A stretch of DNA of 55,131 nucleotides, taken from contig CAZJEH010000001.1 in assembly GCA_964544905.1 (NCBI GenBank), positions 1 to 55,131 on the forward strand, read 5' to 3'. The translations under genes and the position numbers were made by a program. This document shows positions 48,702 through 55,131 of the stretch, piece after piece; position 1 is the stretch's first letter; each line of letters opens with the position of its first letter. The notes below the pieces were generated by a model. The model did not search any database and was not told the DNA's origin. It was given only the letters and a program-made list of their open reading frames with translations. The stretch comes from an uncultured Gemmatimonas sp. GTDB taxonomy: Bacteria > Gemmatimonadota > Gemmatimonadetes > Longimicrobiales > Longimicrobiaceae.

Positions 48702-48911
48702 CGGGGATGGGCCCCATCTCCGCCGGGTTGACCGACCCCCGGTCTGTCCACCTGTCCACGCGACACCAAGGCAGCTCCGACACGACGATCCCGCGTGCGA
48801 TTTCGATGGTCGGCACGGGTCCGGAGGCTTGCCCGGGCTGTAGACGGACGGTACGCTGTAGCGGCTCCGGTGCGTTTTGCCGGATCAGGCAGACCTACGA
48901 CCGATCCTTTC

Positions 48912-50732
48912 GTGCGCCAACATCTCCGCACCTTCGCTCCTGCGCTCATGGCCAGCCTGGTCGTCGCCTCGGCCGCGCACGCCCAGGAGCCTGCGTTTTC
49001 CCTGGACACCGTGCAGGTCGAGGTCAGCTCGAGGGCATCCGCCAGCCTGGGCTCGACCCGGGCGGTCGACGTCATCGAGGCCGCGGAGATACGAGCCATG
49101 CCGGCGAACACGGTCAACGACGTCCTGCAATGGGCGTTCGGCGTCGAAATGATGCCCCGCTCCCAGGCTCTCGCCGACGTGGCCATCCGCGGATCTTCCT
49201 TCGAGCAGGTCCTGGTGCTGGTGGACGGCGTCCGCGTCCGCGACGCGCAGACGGGGCACTTCAACCTGAATCTCGCTGTGCCGCTGGATCAGATCGAGCG
49301 CATCGAGGTCCTGCGCGGCCCGGCAGCGGCGCTGTACGGGTCGGACGCGATGGGTGGAGTCATCAACATCCGTACGCGGCAGGGTGGAGGAGGACGGAGC
49401 ACAAGCGCTCACGTTTCGCGCGGGACCTTCGACACCGTCCTTGGCTCCGTAGCGCATCGTCAATCGCTGGGGGCCATTGACGCGGACCTGGCCGGCTCCT
49501 TCCATCGGTCCGACGGCCACCGTTCCGGAACCGACTTCGACATCGCGACTGCGCGCCTGGGCGTCGTGGCGCCGGTCGCAGGGCAGCCACTCCGTCTGGA
49601 CCTTGCCCACGCCCGGCGAGATTTCGGCGCCGACAGGTTCTACGGCCCCTATCCGTCCTACGAAGAGATCCGGACGACGACCGCCACGGCGCGGTGGACG
49701 CTCGCTGCCGACTCCCTATCGATCGAGCCGCGTCTGAGCTTCCGCCGCAACACGGACGACTTCCTGCTCGACCGTGCGCAGCCCGACGGCTCGCGGAACA
49801 GCCACACCAGCGATCAGGTCGGCGGGGAACTCATCGCGCGCATGGCGATCTCGCCCCTCCTGAGGATCGCCCTTGGCCTACATGGGTACCACGACCGTAT
49901 CGAGAGCTCGGCGCTGGGTGATCGGCGCGAATGGACGGCCGCAGCCTCCTTCGAGGCGGCGATCGGCCGGCCCGAAGCATTGGCCGGATCGTTCGGGCTG
50001 CGGGCGGATCGGCTCATTACGGGCTCTGTCGTTGTGTCACCGGGGCTCTCCGGGGCGTGGCGGCTGTCCCCGGCCATGCGGGTTCGCTCTTCGGTGGGGC
50101 GGTCGTTCCGCGCCCCCACTTGGACCGAGCGATACTATCCCCAGGTGGGCGGGAACGTCGGGAATGCCGATCTCGTGCCGGAGCGGGCGTGGAGCGTGGA
50201 CGCCGGGCTGGACCTCTACCCGGCGAGGAGCGTCCGATTCTCGGCGACCGCCTTCGTACGATCAGCAAAGGAACTGATCGACTGGGCGCGGCCACTGGGG
50301 GACGAAACAGCCGTCTGGATGACGCGGAACGTCGAGTCGGCGGAGTTCCACGGGGTCGAGGGCGAGCTGGAGCTGTCGGACGTCGGAGGGTTCCGCCTGC
50401 GGACGCGGGGGGCATGGACCTCCGTGGGTACCAGCAGCACCGACGGATTCGAATCGAAGTACGCCTTGCGCCCTCAGCTCGACCACTTCTCGCTGGCAGT
50501 CGACCGGTCGTTCGCGGACATGATCGAGATCGGCGTGCGAGGAGTACGCGAGCGCCGTGCGGGGGAGGCAGGGTATATGCGGGTTGATGGGCGTGGAGCG
50601 CTCTCGCTTCGCGGTGTCCGGCTCTTGATGGACATCCACAATGCCATCGATGAGAGCTACCTCGACGTCATCGGAAACCCGGCTCCCGGGCGCAGTATCA
50701 CCGTCGGACTCGAGTGGCGCGCCGATGGGTGA
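48912..50732 (+). CDS. TonB-dependent receptor, BtuB-sized (about 606 aa)
   Basis: Signal peptide from GTG 48912 (VRQHLRTFAPALMASLVVASAAHA). TonB-box-like DTVQVEV. Plug motifs NDVLQWAFGV, IRGSSFEQVLVLVDGVRV, ERIEVLRGPAAALYGSDAMGGVINIRT. C-terminal barrel ending in GLEWRADG. Confidence 0.88.
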   Translation: MRQHLRTFAPALMASLVVASAAHAQEPAFSLDTVQVEVSSRASASLGSTRAVDVIEAAEIRAMPANTVNDVLQWAFGVEMMPRSQALADVAIRGSSFEQVLVLVDGVRVRDAQTGHFNLNLAVPLDQIERIEVLRGPAAALYGSDAMGGVINIRTRQGGGGRSTSAHVSRGTFDTVLGSVAHRQSLGAIDADLAGSFHRSDGHRSGTDFDIATARLGVVAPVAGQPLRLDLAHARRDFGADRFYGPYPSYEEIRTTTATARWTLAADSLSIEPRLSFRRNTDDFLLDRAQPDGSRNSHTSDQVGGELIARMAISPLLRIALGLHGYHDRIESSALGDRREWTAAASFEAAIGRPEALAGSFGLRADRLITGSVVVSPGLSGAWRLSPAMRVRSSVGRSFRAPTWTERYYPQVGGNVGNADLVPERAWSVDAGLDLYPARSVRFSATAFVRSAKELIDWARPLGDETAVWMTRNVESAEFHGVEGELELSDVGGFRLRTRGAWTSVGTSSTDGFESKYALRPQLDHFSLAVDRSFADMIEIGVRGVRERRAGEAGYMRVDGRGALSLRGVRLLMDIHNAIDESYLDVIGNPAPGRSITVGLEWRADG

Positions 50733-50839
50733 TCGGCCCGCGCAGCCAGGGCGCGATAGGCACGGGCGGCCTCGTGTTCGCCCGTCGAGGATGCCAAAGC
50801 GGCATCATGGGATGACAACGGACGTGGACAACGGGTTCG

Positions 50840-51241
50840 ATGCAACTCCGCTCGATCTGCAAATCGAAGATACATCACGCGACGGTTACCCGGGCCGATC
50901 TCGACTACGTCGGCAGTATCGGTATAGACGCCCGCCTGCTCCGGTTGGCGGACATCATCCCTGGCGAGAAGGTGGCGGTCTGGAACGTGTCGACGGGGGC
51001 ACGGATCGAGACGTACGCCATTCCGCTCGCCGAGGGGTCGGGTGAGATCGTCGTCAACGGCGCCGCCGCGCGGCATTTCCAGCGGGGCGACAAGGTCATC
51101 ATCGTGGCGTTCGTCCTGACCGACGAGGTCATCGAACCGAAGATGTTCCTGGTCGACGAGGACAACGCGTTCGCCGGGTGGCTTCCGATGGAGGGCGATG
51201 TCCAGCTGGCCGGACCGATCGACTCGTTGCTGAACGGTTGA
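50840..51241 (+). CDS. panD: Aspartate 1-decarboxylase
   Basis: KSKIHHATVTRADLDYVGSIGID contains the Gly-Ser self-processing site; NGAAA motif. Confidence 0.93.
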   Translation: MQLRSICKSKIHHATVTRADLDYVGSIGIDARLLRLADIIPGEKVAVWNVSTGARIETYAIPLAEGSGEIVVNGAAARHFQRGDKVIIVAFVLTDEVIEPKMFLVDEDNAFAGWLPMEGDVQLAGPIDSLLNG

Positions 51242-51339
51242 AAGATGCGGGCAGCCCCAGCCGGTCGGCCTTTCATCCGCAACGGGTGTTGCGTATATTT
51301 GAAAGTTCGAACCGTGATCTTCGCCAGGCGGAGGTTGTC

Positions 51340-51762
51340 GTGAAGAAGCAACGCAAGTTCCTCATCGGCGGGGTGGTCGTAGCTGCCACAATCGGTTACC
51401 TGATGGTGACCGGCATGGCCGAGTCGCAGCTCTACTTCCACACTCCGTCGGAGCTCGTGGCGCTGGTCGCGGCCGATGCCGAGTACCATCAGGTGGGCGT
51501 GAGGGTCGGAGGTCGAGTGGCCGCGGGCACCGTCCAGTATGACAACCGCACACTCGACCTGCGGTTCGAAATCGTGGACATCGAAGACGGCACGACCTCC
51601 TTCCCGGTCACCTACCAGGGCCCCCTGCCGGAAACCTTCGAGGAAGGTGTGGACGTGGTCGCTGAAGGAAGGATGGGCGCGGACGGCGTCTTTCGCGCCA
51701 CGACCGTCCTCACCAAGTGCGGGTCACGCTACGAAGCGGGGGCCGAGGACTACCTTTCGTGA
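51340..51762 (+). CDS. ccmE: Cytochrome c maturation haem chaperone CcmE, CxxxY variant
   Basis: GTG start with GGAGG 7 nt upstream. N-terminal TM anchor, OB-fold region (VRVGGRV..G, FEIVD, V.Y.G.LP..F.EG..VVAEG). C-terminal VLTKCGSRYE where canonical CcmE has AKHDENY. Confidence 0.87.
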   Translation: MKKQRKFLIGGVVVAATIGYLMVTGMAESQLYFHTPSELVALVAADAEYHQVGVRVGGRVAAGTVQYDNRTLDLRFEIVDIEDGTTSFPVTYQGPLPETFEEGVDVVAEGRMGADGVFRATTVLTKCGSRYEAGAEDYLS

Positions 51763-53816
51763 CGCAAATCGGTGAAATCGCCCTCTGGGTTGCGCTCGTT
51801 CTCGCGGTCTGGGGGGCGGGCGCTGCGTTTATCGGGGGGCGAGCGCGCCGCGGCGATCTCGTCCTTTCCGGCGAACGCTCCCTCGTCGCGGTATTCGGGC
51901 TCCTGGCGATCGCGTCGGCCGCGATCATCATCGCCTTCCTCGGGAACGAATACCGATACCAGTACGTCGCAGGCTACTCGAACCGCGAGCTCGCCACCTT
52001 CTACAAGGTAGCCGGCCTCTGGGCGGGCCAGACCGGATCGCTCGTCTTCTGGGCGCTTCTGCTGAGTCTGTTCGGCACGCTGACCGTCTTCCAGAACCGC
52101 AATCGCAACCGCGAGTTCATGCCTTACGTCGCGAGCACGATCCTGCTGGTGCTCGCGTTCTTCCTCGGCGTCATCGTCACCGTGTCCAACCCGTTCCGGC
52201 TCCTGCCGTGGACACCGGCGGACGGCCAGGGGCTCAATCCGCAGCTTCAGAGCTTCTGGATGACGATTCATCCACCGACGCTGTACCTCGGCTTCACCGC
52301 GTTCACAATTCCCTTCGCTTTCGCCATCGCAGCCCTGCTGAGCGGCCGCCTCGATAGCACCTGGATCACCACGACCCGACGCTGGACGTTGCTGTCGTGG
52401 TTCTTCCTGACCAACGGCATCATCTTCGGGATGATGTGGGCGTACGTGGAACTCGGGTGGGGCGGCTACTGGTTCTGGGACCCGGTCGAGAACGCGTCGT
52501 TGCTTCCCTGGCTGACCGCTACGGCATTCCTCCACTCCGTGATGATCCAGGAGAAGCGAGGGATGTTGAAGATGTGGAACATGCTGCTCGTCCTCGGCAC
52601 GTTCCTGCTTTGCATCTTCGCGACGTTCCTGACCCGGTCGGGGCTGATCGAGTCCGTACATTCCTTCGCCCAGAACCTCGACATCGCCTTCATCTTCCTC
52701 GGGTTCATGAGCGTGGCGACCGTCGGTTGCTCGCTCCTGGTCTGGTGGCGGCGAAATCAGCTCGTGCCCGACAACGCGATGGAGTCCTTCCTGTCCAGGG
52801 AGGCGGCCTTCGTGGCGAACAACTTCCTCTTCGTCGGGGCGATGTTCGCGGTGATGTGGGGGACGTTGTTCCCGCTGATCTCGGAGGGCTTTCTGGGGCA
52901 GAAGATCGCCGTCGGTCCCCCGTTCTTCAATCACGTGACGATCCCGATCGGGCTCATTTTGCTGGCGCTGCTGGGAATTGGGCCGATCATAGCGTGGCGG
53001 AAGGCGAGTCCGCGGAACCTCAAGCGTAACTTCGCGCTGCCGCTCGCGATCGGCTCTCTGGTCGCCGCGGCGTTCTACTTCGCGGGCGTTCGCCATCGGG
53101 ACGTCATCCTCACTTTCGCGCTCGGGGCGTTCACCCTCGCGACGGTAGTGGTGGAGTTCCAGAAAGGGACACGCGCCAGAGCGTCGATAGAAGGGGAGGG
53201 GTACGCCCGCGCATTCCTGCACCTGATGCAACGCAACCGGCGACGCTACGGCGGCTACGTGGTGCACGTCGGGCTGGTGCTGATCTTCATGGGCTTCGCC
53301 GGCTCGGCATACGACGTCGAACGGCAGGTCGCGCTGCTCCCGGGTGAGAGCACGGAGATCGAATCCCCCTTCGGTCATACGTACCGGCTGACCTACCAGG
53401 ACCTGTCCGCGTACGATGTGACGAATGCGACAAAGCTGGTGGCATCCGTAGTGGTGGAACGCGAAGGCCGCCGGATCGCCGTGATGACGCCGGAGCACGT
53501 GTTCTATCGTCAGCGCGGCGAGCTTAGCACCAACGTCGGAGTACGACGCGCCTGGAACGAGGATCTGTACCTCATCCTCGCCGCGATCGATGACAGCATG
53601 GGCTTCGTGCAGGGCACCAACCCGCGGCCGATGGCCACCTTCCGGATCCTGGTGAACCCGCTGGTGCCGTGGATCTGGTTGGGGGGGATCATCATGGCCC
53701 TGGGAACGCTGTTCGCGATGTGGCCGACCGCCCCGACGCAGACGCCATCTAGCACCGCGCGGCGCGCGGCTGGGACCGGGGGAGTCCGGCCGGAGCGAGT
53801 CCTCGCGGAGGTGTGA
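51759..53816 (+). CDS. ccmF: Cytochrome c-type biogenesis haem lyase CcmF
   Basis: About 685 aa, polytopic. WWG-like tryptophan-rich motif WAYVELGWGGYWFWDPVEN with conserved flanking His residues. GTGA overlap with ccmE. Confidence 0.93.
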   Translation: MTQIGEIALWVALVLAVWGAGAAFIGGRARRGDLVLSGERSLVAVFGLLAIASAAIIIAFLGNEYRYQYVAGYSNRELATFYKVAGLWAGQTGSLVFWALLLSLFGTLTVFQNRNRNREFMPYVASTILLVLAFFLGVIVTVSNPFRLLPWTPADGQGLNPQLQSFWMTIHPPTLYLGFTAFTIPFAFAIAALLSGRLDSTWITTTRRWTLLSWFFLTNGIIFGMMWAYVELGWGGYWFWDPVENASLLPWLTATAFLHSVMIQEKRGMLKMWNMLLVLGTFLLCIFATFLTRSGLIESVHSFAQNLDIAFIFLGFMSVATVGCSLLVWWRRNQLVPDNAMESFLSREAAFVANNFLFVGAMFAVMWGTLFPLISEGFLGQKIAVGPPFFNHVTIPIGLILLALLGIGPIIAWRKASPRNLKRNFALPLAIGSLVAAAFYFAGVRHRDVILTFALGAFTLATVVVEFQKGTRARASIEGEGYARAFLHLMQRNRRRYGGYVVHVGLVLIFMGFAGSAYDVERQVALLPGESTEIESPFGHTYRLTYQDLSAYDVTNATKLVASVVVEREGRRIAVMTPEHVFYRQRGELSTNVGVRRAWNEDLYLILAAIDDSMGFVQGTNPRPMATFRILVNPLVPWIWLGGIIMALGTLFAMWPTAPTQTPSSTARRAAGTGGVRPERVLAEV

Positions 53817-54373
53817 TGCCGATGTTCCCGTCCCGCGGCTCCGTGACCGGCTCCGCGGCGACCATCGCCAGGCGGATGCCAATCGCCGGGATCCGCGCCT
53901 GCTGGATCCTGCTCGCGCTGCTCGCCTTGGTCTCCGGCGCTGTGCTCGCGCAGGGAGTGGGGGAGCGCCCGAACGCGGACGAGGCGCGGCGCGCCATCGC
54001 GCAGCTGCGATCGCCCTACTGCCCGGGGTTCATGCTGGAGACCTGTACGAGCTCTCAGGCAGCGGCGCTTCGCGACAGCATCTATGACCTGGCCGCTCAG
54101 GGCATGCCGGCCGACGACATCGTCGAGTGGATGCTGTCCCGCCATGGCGAGGAGTGGCGCGCCCTGCCGCGTCGCTCGGGCGTGGGCCTCTGGGCCTGGA
54201 TCATCCCGCCACTCGCCTTCCTCGCAGGCCTCGCCATCGTGATCGGCTGGCTACGGTCCAGTCGCCGCGCGGAACCCCCGGTCGCCTCGACCCCGACGGT
54301 CAACGATCAGGATCGCGAGAAGCTCGCAGCCGCCCTCCGCGAGTGGCAGGATTCCGGCGAAGAGGAGATATGA
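53813..54373 (+). CDS. ccmH: CcmH/NrfF-like cytochrome c biogenesis protein with a non-canonical redox motif
   Basis: ARRAIAQLRSPYCPGFMLETCTSSQAAALRDSIYDLAAQGMPADDIVEWMLSRHGEEW aligns with the CcmH LRCxxC...L...I...G.s...I..y...YG pattern, and a TM helix follows. The start overlaps the ccmF stop; ATG 53876 is an alternative. Confidence 0.72.
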   Translation: MMPMFPSRGSVTGSAATIARRMPIAGIRACWILLALLALVSGAVLAQGVGERPNADEARRAIAQLRSPYCPGFMLETCTSSQAAALRDSIYDLAAQGMPADDIVEWMLSRHGEEWRALPRRSGVGLWAWIIPPLAFLAGLAIVIGWLRSSRRAEPPVASTPTVNDQDREKLAAALREWQDSGEEEI

Positions 54374-54732
54374 ACCTCCTGATCGCCGCGGTCGTGCTGG
54401 CTATCATCGCCGCCATGTGGGTAGCGCATCCCATTCTCTTCCGTCGCTGGCGAATGGTGAGTGATCCGATACCGACAGCGACGCTGGAGCGCGAGGCACG
54501 GAAGCGGGTGGCCCTCGCCGCGCTCAAGGATGTCGAGTACGATCACGCCGCCGGTAAGCTGGACGAGGTCGACTACGAGGAGATGCGCTCGCGGCTCGAG
54601 GCCGAAGCATTGGAGGCGCTGAAGGCCGCCGACGCGCCGCGCGCCGACGATCGGCCTCGACGCCACACGTGCGGTTTCGTCAACCCACCCGGGAGCCGGT
54701 TCTGCGCGGGGTGCGGACGGCGGCTGACCTGA
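54370..54732 (+). CDS. Hypothetical single-TM protein with a C-terminal zinc-ribbon, embedded in the ccm operon
   Basis: ATGA overlap with the ccmH-like gene. N-terminal TM MNLLIAAVVLAIIAAMWVAHPILF, a charged helical middle section, and C-terminal HTCGFVNPPGSRFCAGCG. Confidence 0.5.
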   Translation: MNLLIAAVVLAIIAAMWVAHPILFRRWRMVSDPIPTATLEREARKRVALAALKDVEYDHAAGKLDEVDYEEMRSRLEAEALEALKAADAPRADDRPRRHTCGFVNPPGSRFCAGCGRRLT

Positions 54733-54758
54733 CCGGCGCGCCCGCCCAGGCGTCGGCC

Positions 54759-55131
54759 GTGGAGGTCCTGCTCGAGGCGGTTGCCCTGGAGAAATGGTTC
54801 GGGCACCAACCCGCAGTCAACGGGGTGTCTTTCGCACTCGCGGCCGGCGAGTTCCTGACCCTCTTCGGCCCGAACGGGGCAGGCAAGACCACCCTGCTGC
54901 GTCTGCTGGCCGGGTCGCTCCGACCGACCTCCGGTGAGGTGAGGCTCGCCGGTGTGCAGCTCGACCGTGACGAGCACGCGTGGCGCCGTCGCATCGGCGT
55001 GCTCTCCCATCAGACCTTCCTCTACGGCCAGCTCACGGCGGCGGAGAACCTCCGCTTCTACGCCCGGCTCTACGGACTCGATGAGGTCGACGGGCGGGTC
55101 GAACAGCACCTCGTCGAGGTCGGCTTGCAGG
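54759..55131 (+). CDS. ccmA: ABC transporter ATP-binding protein, probably haem exporter CcmA (3-prime partial at the window end)
   Basis: My own translation of the open frame gives VEVLLEAVALEKWFGHQPAVNGVSFALAAGEFLTLFGPNGAGKTTLLRLLAG (Walker A). The frame is still open at 55131. An in-frame GTG at 54711 is an alternative start. Confidence 0.78.
   Translation, partial: MEVLLEAVALEKWFGHQPAVNGVSFALAAGEFLTLFGPNGAGKTTLLRLLAGSLRPTSGEVRLAGVQLDRDEHAWRRRIGVLSHQTFLYGQLTAAENLRFYARLYGLDEVDGRVEQHLVEVGLQ

Noticed and set aside
48875-48900. TPP-riboswitch-like CCTGATCCGG on the minus strand of the receptor leader.
   Set aside because: It is on the wrong strand, since no minus-strand gene lies downstream. 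The CUGAGA element is missing.
1-55131. Mobile elements, CRISPR arrays, tRNA/rRNA genes, toxin-antitoxin pairs, or classical defence genes (restriction enzymes, large ATPase/nuclease combinations, reverse transcriptases).
   Set aside because: I found no transposase or integrase signatures, no regularly spaced repeats, and no T-loop (GGTTCGAATCC-like) motif outside coding sequence. No gene content was suggestive of a defence island. The window looks like core chromosome.

Overview
High-GC (roughly two-thirds G+C by eye) bacterial chromosomal segment, densely packed with mostly plus-strand housekeeping and metabolic genes. GTG/TTG starts and 4-nt start/stop overlaps (ATGA, GTGA, TTGA) are frequent. 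Gene content and style suggest a Gemmatimonadota/Acidobacteria-like organism; this is a weak inference only. I recognise about 55 genes:
- Redox and fatty-acid/amino-acid metabolism: rex (with a perfect Rex operator), arginine deiminase, thiolase, bioY, 3-hydroxybutyryl-CoA dehydrogenase, leucine dehydrogenase.
- Transport: two TonB-dependent receptors.
- Core genes: glyA, miaB, comEC, fbp, pruA, a NifU-like gene plus apbC.
- A DgoA/DgoK sugar-acid pair.
- An ECF sigma / anti-sigma envelope module.
- A late-step menaquinone cluster (menG/ubiE, ubiD, ubiA, ubiX).
- A repair/biosynthesis block on the minus strand (UvrC-N-terminal/Cho-like gene, mutM, purD, trans-sulfuration enzyme).
- glmM, glmS, dtd, maf, glpK, a c-type cytochrome, panD.
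- A System I cytochrome c maturation operon (ccmE, ccmF, ccmH-like gene, zinc-ribbon gene, ccmA), cut off at the window end.

I saw no rRNA, tRNA, CRISPR array, transposase or integrase.

The most interesting points:
1. A five-gene ECF sigma / ZAS anti-sigma / bactofilin-repeat membrane protein / toastrack-like protein / 77-aa membrane protein operon.
2. A variant System I. CcmE carries CxxxY instead of HxxxY, the CcmH-like protein has SxxC instead of CxxC, and an unassigned TM plus zinc-ribbon gene sits inside the operon.
3. A roughly 210-nt structured leader in front of a BtuB-sized TonB receptor.
4. A stand-alone DUF4157-like HExxH protein directly after comEC.

Nothing here can be called a proven novel system from sequence inspection alone. 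All domain calls come from motif recognition by eye, not from database searches.
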